Shown here in pieces: positions 43,759-53,427 of a DNA stretch of 64,000 nt. Source of the stretch: an uncultured Spirochaetaceae bacterium (GTDB taxonomy: Bacteria > Spirochaetota > Spirochaetia > SZUA-6 > Fen-1364); NCBI GenBank assembly GCA_964437385.1, contig CAYTGX010000009.1, forward strand, positions 11,219 through 75,218, read 5' to 3'. A program made the position numbers and the translations under genes. How positions within the stretch are numbered: the stretch's first letter is position 1; every line of letters begins with the position of its first letter. The notes beneath the pieces are model-generated. The model worked only from the letters and a program-made list of their open reading frames with translations, searched no databases and had not been told where the DNA came from.

Positions 43759-44726
43759 CGAGAAGCCCCCTCCGCATCACGCTGGGCGGCGGGGGAACCG
43801 ATCTGCCTTCATACTACCGCGCGCACGGCGGATTCCTCGTGGCGGGGGCCATCGACAAGTATGTCTTTGTCACCGTCAATCGTCCGTTTTACCCCGGCAT
43901 TTTCATCAAGTATTCGAAAATGGAGCAGGTACAGCGAACGGACGAGATCCAGCACCCCATTATACGGGAGTCTCTGAAAGCGCTCGGGTTCGAGAACCCC
44001 CAGATCGAAATCAGCACTTTCGCCGACATTCCCGCGGGGACAGGTCTGGGCTCTTCCGGGAGCTTCACCACGGCACTGCTCCGTGCTCTGAGCGCCCACA
44101 GGATGCAGCCCATGCTGCCCAGCCACCTGGCAAGGCTTGCGTGTGAAATCGAGATCGAGCGCCTGAAGGAGCCAATCGGAAAGCAGGACCAGTACATTGC
44201 CGCATACGGCGGGATCACGTGCTTCACCTTCAACCCGGACAACAGCGTCGAGGCTGTTCCGCTCCGGCTGGACAGCGAAACCCTGTTCGACCTGGAAGAC
44301 AACCTCCTCCTCTTCTTTACCGGCATTTCCCGCAGCGCGGGAAGCGTCTTGAAGGACCAGGATCAGAAAACCAGGAGCGCGGATGACCAGATGATCGGAA
44401 ACCTGCACTATGTCAAAGAGCTGGGAATACGCAGCAAGCAGGCCCTTGAGGAGGGGAAGCCGTGCGTGGTCGGCGAGCTCATGCACGAGCACTGGCTGAA
44501 CAAGAAGAAAAGGTCGCAAGGGATGAGCAACCCCCAGATCGACGAATGGTACGAGCTGGGCAGGAAGAACGGCGCGCTCGGTGGGAAGCTCGTGGGCGCC
44601 GGTGGCGGCGGCTTTCTGATGTTCTATACTGAAGATCCCTCCAAGCTTCGGCGTGCGATGACAGGGGCGGGGCTTTCCGAGGTACGTTTCCGGTTCGACT
44701 TTGAAGGAACAAAGGTAATCCTGTGA
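43749..44726 (+). CDS. hddA: GHMP kinase, D-glycero-alpha-D-manno-heptose 7-phosphate kinase-like
   Basis: TRSPLRITLGGGGTD and PAGTGLGSSGSFTTALL (GHMP motif II). Confidence 0.8.
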   Translation: MVMTRSPLRITLGGGGTDLPSYYRAHGGFLVAGAIDKYVFVTVNRPFYPGIFIKYSKMEQVQRTDEIQHPIIRESLKALGFENPQIEISTFADIPAGTGLGSSGSFTTALLRALSAHRMQPMLPSHLARLACEIEIERLKEPIGKQDQYIAAYGGITCFTFNPDNSVEAVPLRLDSETLFDLEDNLLLFFTGISRSAGSVLKDQDQKTRSADDQMIGNLHYVKELGIRSKQALEEGKPCVVGELMHEHWLNKKKRSQGMSNPQIDEWYELGRKNGALGGKLVGAGGGGFLMFYTEDPSKLRRAMTGAGLSEVRFRFDFEGTKVIL

Positions 44727-46045
44727 GCTCGATAGCAATCATCGGGACGGGCTACGTGGGCCTGGTGAGCGGGGCCTGCCTGGCGGACTTCGGCAACCAG
44801 GTCACCTGTGTCGACAGCGATCAAGGCAAAATTCAGCGTCTCAAGTCAGGGGAGATCCCAATCTTCGAGCCAGGACTGGATGCGGTTGTGGCGCGGAACG
44901 CCTCCGCAGGCCGTTTGTTGTTCACCACGGACCACGCCTCTGCCGTTCGGGCGAGTGATGTCGTTTTCATCGCGGTGGGAACGCCACCGGCGGATGATGG
45001 AAGCGCCGATCTCACACATGTCGAATCGGCCGCCCGCGCGATTGCGCGGGCGCTCAACGGATACAAGGTGGTGGTCGACAAAAGCACCGTGCCGGTAGGG
45101 ACGGGGCGCAAAGTGTCCGCGTGGATTGCGGAAGAGCTTGCCGCGCGAGGCGCGTCCTTTGAGTTCGACGTGGTGTCCAATCCGGAATTCCTGCGGGAGG
45201 GCTCCGCCGTGCAGGACTTTACTCATCCTGACCGGGTGGTGATCGGGTCGGACCGTCCACGCGCGAGGGATGCCATGAAAGAGGTCTACCGCGCCCTGTT
45301 CCTGAACGAGACGCCGTATATCGAAACCGGTCTGGAAACCGCAGAAATGATCAAGTACGCGTCGAATGCCTTTCTTGCCGTAAAGATCACGTTTATCAAC
45401 GAGGTCGCGAACCTCTGCGAGGCTGTGGGCGCAAATGTGCAGGACGTGGCGCGTGCCATGGGCAAGGATGGGCGTATCGGCTCAAAGTACCTGCACGCGG
45501 GGCCCGGCTACGGCGGTTCCTGCTTTCCGAAAGACACGCGGGCCATGGCCCGCACGGGGCGCGATTTCGGCGTGCCTCTCAGTGTCGTGGAAACGACCAT
45601 CGCGGCCAACGACAGCCAGAAAAAACGGATGGTGCGCAAGATCACGGAAGGAATGGGCGGCGTAAAAGACAGGACTATTGCGGTGCTGGGCCTTTCCTTC
45701 AAGCCGAACACAGATGACGTCCGAGAAGCCCCTGCGCTGACAATCTGCGAAGGGCTGGCCGGGATGGGCGCGCAACTGCGCATCTGGGACCCTGCCGGGA
45801 TGCAGGAGGCGGCCTGGCGGCTCGAGCATATCCGCAGCCGGATTTGCTTTGCGCGCGACGAATATGACGCGCTCCAGGGCGCGGACGCGCTCGTGATCGT
45901 GACGGAGTGGAATCAATTCCGCAACCTGGACCTGGACAGGGCAAAGGCACTGATGAGGTCTCCGCTGTTCTTCGACCTGCGAAACATCTACACGCCGCAG
46001 GACGTGGAGGCAAAGGGCTTCCGGTATTTCGGAGTGGGGCGGTAA
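44723..46045 (+). CDS. ugd: UDP-glucose 6-dehydrogenase
   Basis: IAIIGTGYVGLVSGACLA and GGSCFPKD (catalytic Cys). Confidence 0.9.
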   Translation: MSSIAIIGTGYVGLVSGACLADFGNQVTCVDSDQGKIQRLKSGEIPIFEPGLDAVVARNASAGRLLFTTDHASAVRASDVVFIAVGTPPADDGSADLTHVESAARAIARALNGYKVVVDKSTVPVGTGRKVSAWIAEELAARGASFEFDVVSNPEFLREGSAVQDFTHPDRVVIGSDRPRARDAMKEVYRALFLNETPYIETGLETAEMIKYASNAFLAVKITFINEVANLCEAVGANVQDVARAMGKDGRIGSKYLHAGPGYGGSCFPKDTRAMARTGRDFGVPLSVVETTIAANDSQKKRMVRKITEGMGGVKDRTIAVLGLSFKPNTDDVREAPALTICEGLAGMGAQLRIWDPAGMQEAAWRLEHIRSRICFARDEYDALQGADALVIVTEWNQFRNLDLDRAKALMRSPLFFDLRNIYTPQDVEAKGFRYFGVGR

Positions 46046-46055
46046 AGATTTTCTT

Positions 46056-47123
46056 ATGAAGGAAACACTTTTCACAGTCGGACCGGTTGAAATGTATCCG
46101 GAGACCCTCAGGCAGGGCAGCGAACAACTGCCTTATTTCCGAACCGAGGAGTTTTCCCGGATAGTCAAGGAGTGCGACGGAGACCTGCTGACACTTTCCG
46201 GCGCTCCTGAAGGGGCGCGTACCGCCATTCTGACATGCTCAGGTACCGGGGCGATGGAAGCTGCGGTTGTGAACTTCCTCACCAGGTCCGACAAGGCCCT
46301 GATCATCCGCGGCGGATCTTTCGGGGAGCGTTTTTGCGAGATCTGTACGGATGACGGCATCCCCTTTGATGCCGTGCCGGTCGAGCCGGGCAGGGCGCTG
46401 GATATGGAACAGCTCGAGTCCAGGGATCTTGCTGGCTGCAAAGCCTTGTACGTCAATGCATGCGAGACTTCGACAGGGGTGCTCTACGATCTGGAGGCCC
46501 TGGGCGACTTCTGCCGCCGCCACGATCTGTACTTCATGGTGGACGGAATCAGCGCATTCCTCTGCGACCCCATCAGCATGGAGAAGATGGGGATCGATGC
46601 GCTCATCTTCAGCTCCCAGAAAGCCCTTGCGCTCCCCCCCGGCCTTTCGATGATTGTGCTTTCCCCGCGCCTGGTTTCCCGGCTGGAAAAGTCCCAGCCG
46701 TGCGCGCACTATCTCGGCCTCAAGCGCCACCTTGTGGACATGCAGCGAGGGCAGACGCCTTTCACGCCGGCGGTGGGGATCATTCTCCAGCTCCACAGCA
46801 GGCTGATGGCACTGACGGGAATCGGCGCAGAGGCCAGCGTCAGGCGGGTCTGCACGCTGGCGGCACACTTCCGCAAAGGACTCACCGGCCTGCCGCTGCG
46901 CATTTTTCCTGATCGGCCCTCCAATGCGCTGACTGCTCTCACCCCTCTGAACGGCAGCTCCGCATACGGGATTTATGAGACGCTGAAAAAAGAGCATGGC
47001 CTGGTAGTGACTCCCAACGGAGGCGCGCTGCGCGACAAAGTGTTCAGGGTCGGGCACATGGGAAACCTCGGTGAGCGCGACCTGGACAAAGTTCTGGCCG
47101 CATTGCGGAAAATCATGGAATGA
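46056..47123 (+). CDS. class V aminotransferase (serine-pyruvate / 2-aminoethylphosphonate-pyruvate transaminase-like)
   Basis: TVGPVEM, SGTGAMEAA and SSQKAL (PLP Lys context). Confidence 0.8.
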   Translation: MKETLFTVGPVEMYPETLRQGSEQLPYFRTEEFSRIVKECDGDLLTLSGAPEGARTAILTCSGTGAMEAAVVNFLTRSDKALIIRGGSFGERFCEICTDDGIPFDAVPVEPGRALDMEQLESRDLAGCKALYVNACETSTGVLYDLEALGDFCRRHDLYFMVDGISAFLCDPISMEKMGIDALIFSSQKALALPPGLSMIVLSPRLVSRLEKSQPCAHYLGLKRHLVDMQRGQTPFTPAVGIILQLHSRLMALTGIGAEASVRRVCTLAAHFRKGLTGLPLRIFPDRPSNALTALTPLNGSSAYGIYETLKKEHGLVVTPNGGALRDKVFRVGHMGNLGERDLDKVLAALRKIME

Positions 47124-47857
47124 GGGCAATCATCCTTACCGCCGGACGAGGCACGAGGATCAGCCGGCACATCGACGACAAGCCGAAGTGCATGGTTTCC
47201 CTGGATGGAAAAACGACCCTCATCGGCTACACCGTTGCTGCGCTTCGGAGGAACCGGATCGACGACATAGTCATCGTGCTGGGATACCGGGGCGCCGTGA
47301 TACGCGGGCTGCTGGGAGATGGCGGCATCGAATATCGGACAAACCCGTTTTACGACGTCACGAACAGCATCGCCTCGTTGTGGTTTGCCCGGGATGTCCT
47401 GAACAAGCAAATATCCGGCGACGGGCGGCTCCTCCTGATGAACGGGGATGTCTACCTTTCGGATGAAGCATTCGACGTAATCCTTTCCGAGAAGCGCGAT
47501 CCGGTGATGTTCTACGATGTGACCCGCCGCGCCGAAGCGGATTACAAGTTCCTCTGTGACGGCGAGCGGCTGGTGAAATACGGGAAAGAATTGAGCCTGG
47601 AAGAAACCACCGGCGAGTATGTCGGATGCGCCACCTTTGGAAGCGGATTTGTGGATCTGTTTGGGGCAAGGCTGGATCAGCTCATCGCCTCCCAGCAGCA
47701 TTCCCTGTGGTGGGAAAACGTGCTGTATTCGATGGCCGCCGATCGCCCGATCATTGCACGGGATATCGCCGGCGCGTTCTGGGGCGAGGTGGACTATATC
47801 GAGGACTATGAACGCATCATGGAGCATTATACGAAGCGGGGAGCCGCGCATGGGTGA
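47120..47857 (+). CDS. LicC/PntC-family cytidylyltransferase (phosphocholine or phosphonate type)
   Basis: MRAIILTAGRGTRI, a PF..V.NS.ASLW-type block, LMNGDVY, WWENV and GEVDYIEDY align with the LicC layout. ATGA overlap with the aminotransferase gene. Confidence 0.8.
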   Translation: MRAIILTAGRGTRISRHIDDKPKCMVSLDGKTTLIGYTVAALRRNRIDDIVIVLGYRGAVIRGLLGDGGIEYRTNPFYDVTNSIASLWFARDVLNKQISGDGRLLLMNGDVYLSDEAFDVILSEKRDPVMFYDVTRRAEADYKFLCDGERLVKYGKELSLEETTGEYVGCATFGSGFVDLFGARLDQLIASQQHSLWWENVLYSMAADRPIIARDIAGAFWGEVDYIEDYERIMEHYTKRGAAHG

Positions 47858-47925
47858 TACGAAAACAGGCGGGAACCGCGACACGATAGTGCGATGCCGG
47901 CCTTTTATTCCAGGGAGTCCGCGGC

Positions 47926-48798
47926 ATGTCCCGTAGAGAGAACGCGAAAGTGGAGCGTTCCCCGCAGTGGACGATGACAATCAGACCACGCGTGGGATTG
48001 TTGAACCTGGATCTGGCAGATCTATGGCGTCATCGCGACCTCATTGGCTTGTTCGTCAGACGGGACTTTGTTTCGGTCTACAAGCAGACGCTGCTGGGTC
48101 CGATCTGGTTCCTTATCCAGCCTGTTTTGAATACGATTGTCTACCTTGCCATTTTCGGCGGCCTCGTGCACATGTCCACTGACGACATACCCGGACCTCT
48201 TTTCTATTTCTCCGGATCGATGCTGTGGCAGTATTTCTCCACGTGTGTCACGAAGACCTCCGACACATTTCTGGCCAACGCGAGCGTATTTGGGAAAGTC
48301 TATTTCCCGCGCCTGACTGTGCCCATTTCGAACGTTGTGGCCAACTTGATAACGTTCAGCATCCAGTTCGCGCTTTTCATTGTTCTGCTGGGTTACTACA
48401 TGCTGAGAGGAGCACCTATCCACCTGACCATCGCCGCCCTGGCGCTCCCCCTCATCCTGCTCTGCATGGCGGCTTTAGGGCTTGGTACCGGTGTTCTCGT
48501 ATCTGCCATGACGACCAAGTACAGGGACCTCAGACAGCTTGTTTCATTCGGGGTTCAGTTATGGATGTATGCGACCCCCGTGGTTTACCCTCTCTCTCAG
48601 GTCCCGGGAAAATGGCGCTGGGCGGTCGTCATCAATCCCATGACGCCGCTTCTTGAGGCTTTTCGGCTTGCATTCATGGGCAAAGGCAGCGTGGACTTCA
48701 CGCAGCTCACGATTTGCGGGGTCGTGACAATTCTGATTCTCATTGTCGGCATCCTCATGTTCAACCGGGTCGAACGCACATTTATGGACGTGGTCTGA
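47926..48798 (+). CDS. wzm: ABC-2 type polysaccharide export permease
   Basis: RRDFVSVYKQTLLGPIWFLIQP is the ABC-2/Wzm/TagG N-terminal signature. Six predicted TM helices. Confidence 0.8.
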   Translation: MSRRENAKVERSPQWTMTIRPRVGLLNLDLADLWRHRDLIGLFVRRDFVSVYKQTLLGPIWFLIQPVLNTIVYLAIFGGLVHMSTDDIPGPLFYFSGSMLWQYFSTCVTKTSDTFLANASVFGKVYFPRLTVPISNVVANLITFSIQFALFIVLLGYYMLRGAPIHLTIAALALPLILLCMAALGLGTGVLVSAMTTKYRDLRQLVSFGVQLWMYATPVVYPLSQVPGKWRWAVVINPMTPLLEAFRLAFMGKGSVDFTQLTICGVVTILILIVGILMFNRVERTFMDVV

Positions 48799-48842
48799 CG
48801 CAGAGAGATGCCGTCGAATGAGTACATCAAACGAGGAATGAT

Positions 48843-49844
48843 ATGTTGAATGGGAAGTCCATGCTCGTGACAGGCGGAACCGGCTCCTTTGGCAACAGGT
48901 TCATCAAGACCGTGTTGGAGAGTTACCCGGAAATCCAGCGTATCGTCGTCTTCTCCAGGGACGAGTTCAAGCAATTCCAGATGTCAAATCTTCCCTGGAT
49001 CAAGGGAAACAAGAAGATACGGTTCTTTATCGGAGATGTCAGGGACAAGGACCGGCTGCTTCGCGCCTTCGATGGTGTCGATATCGTTGTGCATGCTGCG
49101 GCGCTCAAACAGATTCCGTCCTGCGAATACAACCCTTTCGAGGCAATCAAGACGAACGTTCTTGGAGCGCAGAACGTCATCGATTCCGCGATCGACCGCA
49201 ACGTAAAGAGGGTCGTCGCGCTCAGTACGGACAAGGCGTGCAATCCCATCAACCTCTACGGGGCGACCAAGCTCTGTTCAGACAAGCTCTTTGTTTCCGG
49301 AAACGCGTACGCGGGCTTTCACGACACGGCGTTCTCCGTCGTACGATACGGCAATGTCGCGGGCAGCCGGGGTTCTGTCATACCCTTCTTCAAGCAACTC
49401 ATTGCTGCAGGCGCCCGTGAGCTTCCTATTACAGATCGCCGGATGACGCGATTCTGGCTCAAGCTGGATGAAGCAGTCGACCTGGTGCTCAAAGCGCTGC
49501 GGGACATGCGCGGAGGCGAGTTGTTCGTGAAGAAAACCCCTTCGATAGAAATCGCCCGGTTGGCCGAGGCGATGGCCCCTTCGCTGCCCCTCATGGATGT
49601 GGGGATCAGGCCGGGAGAGAAAATCCATGAAATGATGATCTCGAAGGAAGACGCGCGCAATACGGTCGAGTTTGACAAGTACTTCGTCATTCAGCCGGAC
49701 TTCGAGTGGTGGAACCGGAATGGGGAGCCGCTCAAAGGAAAGGCGGTCGCTGACGATTTCGAATATCACAGCGGGAACAACACCGAATGGCTCTCGGTGG
49801 GCCAGATAAAATCGCTTATAGAAGAGCTGGACGCGGATGCATAA
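48843..49844 (+). CDS. pseB: UDP-N-acetylglucosamine 4,6-dehydratase (inverting)
   Basis: Collinear with FlaA1/PseB: MLVTGGTGSFGN, FIGDVRD, INLYGATKLCSDKLF, VRYGNVAGSRGSVIPFF and MTRFW. Confidence 0.9.
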   Translation: MLNGKSMLVTGGTGSFGNRFIKTVLESYPEIQRIVVFSRDEFKQFQMSNLPWIKGNKKIRFFIGDVRDKDRLLRAFDGVDIVVHAAALKQIPSCEYNPFEAIKTNVLGAQNVIDSAIDRNVKRVVALSTDKACNPINLYGATKLCSDKLFVSGNAYAGFHDTAFSVVRYGNVAGSRGSVIPFFKQLIAAGARELPITDRRMTRFWLKLDEAVDLVLKALRDMRGGELFVKKTPSIEIARLAEAMAPSLPLMDVGIRPGEKIHEMMISKEDARNTVEFDKYFVIQPDFEWWNRNGEPLKGKAVADDFEYHSGNNTEWLSVGQIKSLIEELDADA

Positions 49845-51000
49845 GGTCTATTCCTACGGACGGCAGTCGATTTCTCGGGGCGACATACGGGAAGTTGTTA
49901 AGGTCCTCAGGTCTCCCTGGCTCACGCAGGGTCCCAAAGTGGCGGAGTTCGAGCGGGCCCTCTGCACGTACACGGGGGCAAAATACGCCGTGGCAGTTGC
50001 AAACGGGACGGCGGCGCTTCACCTGGCCATCCTCGCACTGGGATTATCCCCTGACAAGGAAGTCATCACGTCTCCGCTTACATTTGTCGCGTCGGCCAAC
50101 TGCGCGCGCTATGCGGGATTGAGCGTAAATTTCTCGGATATCGACGAGGGCACTGCGTGCATGGACCCGGTGAGCCTCTCGAAGCAGATCGGTCCCCGAA
50201 CCCGGGCAATTGTGCCTGTACACTTTGCCGGGCGGCCATGCAGAATGCAGGAAATCGCGACCCTCGCGCGTGGGGCCGGCGCGTACATCATCGAGGATGC
50301 TGCGCATGCAATCGGCTCGGATTACTCTGGAAGCAAAGTCGGGTCGTGCGCGTTTTCGGACATGACTGCTTTCTCGTTTCACCCGGTGAAGACCCTCACC
50401 ACGGGAGAGGGGGGTGCCGTCACGACGAACGACGGGCATTTCCACGAGAAGCTGGTACTGCTGAGAAATCACGGGATTACCAAGGACCCTGCAAAGTTCA
50501 GCGGGGAAAGCGATGGGCCCTGGTATTACGAGATGCAGGAGCTCGGCTACAACTACCGGATCACGGACATCCAGGCAGCGCTGGGCCTCTCCCAGCTGAA
50601 GAGAGTCCAGAAGTTCGTCGCACGGCGTCGAGAAATCGTACGTGTGTACCGAAAAGAGCTTTCCGGGCTGGACGGATGTTCTCTTCTGTCGGCAGACGAC
50701 GACCCCCATACTGCCTACCATCTCTTTCCGATTCTTGTGGATTTTTCGAGGCTCACGATCTCCCGGAAGAAGATGTTCGAATTGCTCGAGGCAAAAGGGC
50801 TGCGCCTGCAAGTGCATTACATTCCCATTCATTTGCAGCCGTACTATCGTGCCCTCGGCTTCGGGCCAGGTATGTTCCCTCGCGCGGAAGCGTACTACCA
50901 AAAGACGATATCTCTCCCTCTCTACCCGGCCCTCTCGGATGGAGAAGTCAAAAAGATCGCCGCAATAGTGCGTACCCTCGTGGCAAGCCATTATGCTTGA
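49837..51000 (+). CDS. pseC: UDP-4-amino-4,6-dideoxy-N-acetyl-beta-L-altrosamine transaminase
   Basis: YGRQSISRGDIREVVKVLRSPWLTQGPKV and FSFHPVKTLTTGEGG (PLP Lys). It overlaps the pseB stop. Confidence 0.85.
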   Translation: MHKVYSYGRQSISRGDIREVVKVLRSPWLTQGPKVAEFERALCTYTGAKYAVAVANGTAALHLAILALGLSPDKEVITSPLTFVASANCARYAGLSVNFSDIDEGTACMDPVSLSKQIGPRTRAIVPVHFAGRPCRMQEIATLARGAGAYIIEDAAHAIGSDYSGSKVGSCAFSDMTAFSFHPVKTLTTGEGGAVTTNDGHFHEKLVLLRNHGITKDPAKFSGESDGPWYYEMQELGYNYRITDIQAALGLSQLKRVQKFVARRREIVRVYRKELSGLDGCSLLSADDDPHTAYHLFPILVDFSRLTISRKKMFELLEAKGLRLQVHYIPIHLQPYYRALGFGPGMFPRAEAYYQKTISLPLYPALSDGEVKKIAAIVRTLVASHYA

Positions 51001-51751
51001 GATAGGTTTGAAACTCTGGTCTTCAAATCTGAGCTTTATACCTGTCGCGCAAAGACTCTACGATCAAGGTCTGTACCGGTACATCGAGCTGTACAGCGTG
51101 CCAGGGACTTTCTCCGATCATATCGGCCCGTGGAAGCGGCTGCCGATGCCCTTCGTGATTCATGCCCCGCATTCCGGCCATGGGGTGAATCTATCGCGCG
51201 CTGAATGCGCGGCGGCCAATACGAAGTTGATCGCCGAAGCGAGACGGTTTGCCGATGAGCTTGAATCCGAATGGATCATTCTTCACCCGGGAGTGGCGGG
51301 AAACATAGACGAGACGGTGCGGCAGATCAAGACCATTGCGGACTCGCGGCTTCTCATCGAGAACAAGCCCTATTTTTCTGTCTATGATCACGCCGTGTGC
51401 AATGGATACTCACCCCGGGATATCCGGCATGTCATGGACGAAACCGGGCTCGGCTTTTGTCTCGACTTTTCCCACGCTCTCAGTGCGGCGAACGCTCTGA
51501 AAGTAGACCATCGGGAATGGCTTGCGCAGTTCGCGCAAATGAATCCCAGGATGTTCCACCTCAGCGACGGAGACAACGACGGGGTAGACGACAAGCACCT
51601 GAGCCTGGGCCAGGGCAGCTATGATTTGCCCGAGATCGTCGCCTTTTTGCCGGGCAGCGCCAAGGTTACATTGGAGACGGAAAAGGACGAAGGGCTCCAG
51701 CGGTTCCAGGCCGACGTGCGCGCTTTGGATGCAGCGCGCGGGGCAGCGTAG
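50993..51751 (+). CDS. xylose isomerase-like TIM-barrel protein (sugar phosphate isomerase/epimerase family)
   Basis: IHAP, ILHPG, IENKP, CLDFSH and HLSDG..DDKH metal-ligand pattern. Confidence 0.7.
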   Translation: MLEIGLKLWSSNLSFIPVAQRLYDQGLYRYIELYSVPGTFSDHIGPWKRLPMPFVIHAPHSGHGVNLSRAECAAANTKLIAEARRFADELESEWIILHPGVAGNIDETVRQIKTIADSRLLIENKPYFSVYDHAVCNGYSPRDIRHVMDETGLGFCLDFSHALSAANALKVDHREWLAQFAQMNPRMFHLSDGDNDGVDDKHLSLGQGSYDLPEIVAFLPGSAKVTLETEKDEGLQRFQADVRALDAARGAA

Positions 51752-52350
51752 TGCACGTACTTATGCTCGAAAGCAGTGACATTTCCCTGCCGCTCAGGCA
51801 TTGGCTTGCGACGACGGGAGGCGCACAGGTTACACCGCATTTCGATCCGCTCTCTATTCAGGTCTGTGAGGCGCTTCATCCGGACATGGTGGTCAGCTAC
51901 AATTACCGTCACATCATCAGACCTGACGTGGTGGAGCGGATGCGGGGAAGGGCGGTGAATCTTCACATTTCGTACCTGCCCTGGAACCGCGGCGCCCACC
52001 CTAATGTCTGGAGTTTTCTTGAGGATACGCCCAAGGGCGTGACAATCCATCTCGTCGACGAAGGCGTCGACACGGGAGGAATACTGGTCCAACGGGAGCT
52101 GCAATTCGATCCGGCGAAGGAAACCTTCCAGACGAGTTACCAGAAGCTGCATGCGGAAATTCAAAGGCTTTTCATTGAGAGCTGGGATCGCCTGCGCACC
52201 TTCTCTGTTCCAGCCCAACCGCAGGATCCCCATGAGGGATCGAAACATTACGCCCGGGGACTCGACGAATTGATGAAGATCTTCGGAAGCAATCTTTGGA
52301 CTACCCCCGTCGCTGAGGTCAGACAGAGGTACCGCGGAGCGGCATCATGA
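51751..52350 (+). CDS. formyltransferase catalytic-domain protein (Fmt/PurN-like, N-terminal domain only)
   Basis: NLHISYLPWNRGAHP and VDEGVDTGGIL match the formyltransferase active-site blocks. Confidence 0.75.
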   Translation: MHVLMLESSDISLPLRHWLATTGGAQVTPHFDPLSIQVCEALHPDMVVSYNYRHIIRPDVVERMRGRAVNLHISYLPWNRGAHPNVWSFLEDTPKGVTIHLVDEGVDTGGILVQRELQFDPAKETFQTSYQKLHAEIQRLFIESWDRLRTFSVPAQPQDPHEGSKHYARGLDELMKIFGSNLWTTPVAEVRQRYRGAAS

Positions 52351-53393
52351 TTTCAATAGGAAGGACACGCATCGGAAGAGACAGCCGCCCGTTCATCGTC
52401 GCTGAAATGTCGGGCAATCACAATCGCTCCCTTGAAACTGCCCTGGCCATCGTGGATGCCGCTGCATCATGTGGCGCGCACGCCTTGAAGCTGCAGACCT
52501 ATACACCTGACACGATGACGCTCGACCTTTCCACGGCTGATTTCACGATCACAGATGAGAAGAGTCTTTGGAAAGGCGAGACGCTGTATCGGCTGTATCA
52601 GAAGGCCCAGACTCCCTGGGAATGGCACCAGCAGATCTTTGACAGGTGCAGGGAGCGGGGCATTATCGGATTCAGCACACCCTTCGACGAAACCGCGGTG
52701 GATTTTCTGGAGTCGCTCGATGTTCCCTGCTACAAGGTAGCGTCCTTCGAACTCAACGATCTGCGTCTCTTGCAGAGAATCGCGCGGACAAGAAAGCCAG
52801 TCATCCTCTCAACTGGCATGGCAAGCCTCTCGGAGCTTGACGAGTCCGTGTCCATCCTTCGCGGCAACGGCTGCGAGAACCTGGTATTGCTCAAGTGCAC
52901 GAGCAGTTATCCGGCCCCGCCTGACTTCAGCAATCTTCTGACCATACCGCATATGAAGGAGCTCTACGGCTGCGAGGTCGGGTTGTCTGATCACACGAAA
53001 GGGATAGGGACTGCCGTGGCGGCCATAGCGCTGGGCGCGTCGGTCATAGAAAAACATTTCACCCTTGCTCGCGCCGACGGCGGAGTGGACGCGGAATTCT
53101 CCGCCGAACCCGGTGAACTGTCCTCGCTTGTCATTGAAAGCAATTCCGCCTGGCAGGCGCTCGGCACGGTCAGGTATGGCATGCTGGAGGAAGAGCGAAA
53201 TTCGATCAGGTTCCGCAGATCCCTCTATGTATCGCAGGATATGAAATCAGGAGACGCCTTTTCAGAAGCAAATGTGCGTTGCATACGGCCTGGCATGGGC
53301 CTTGCGCCGAAGTACATAGAGATCATCCTCGGTATGCGCGTAAACCGCGACGTCGCCAGGGGCACACCGGTGAGCTGGGACCTCGTTCAGTAG
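52347..53393 (+). CDS. pseI: pseudaminic acid synthase (NeuB family)
   Basis: RPFIVAEMSGNHN, LKLQTY, GLSDHT and a C-terminal SAF/antifreeze-like domain. Confidence 0.85.
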   Translation: MISIGRTRIGRDSRPFIVAEMSGNHNRSLETALAIVDAAASCGAHALKLQTYTPDTMTLDLSTADFTITDEKSLWKGETLYRLYQKAQTPWEWHQQIFDRCRERGIIGFSTPFDETAVDFLESLDVPCYKVASFELNDLRLLQRIARTRKPVILSTGMASLSELDESVSILRGNGCENLVLLKCTSSYPAPPDFSNLLTIPHMKELYGCEVGLSDHTKGIGTAVAAIALGASVIEKHFTLARADGGVDAEFSAEPGELSSLVIESNSAWQALGTVRYGMLEEERNSIRFRRSLYVSQDMKSGDAFSEANVRCIRPGMGLAPKYIEIILGMRVNRDVARGTPVSWDLVQ

Positions 53394-53427
53394 TTCGCCA
53401 CAGCAGGCAGTGCGAAAGGGAGGGTGA

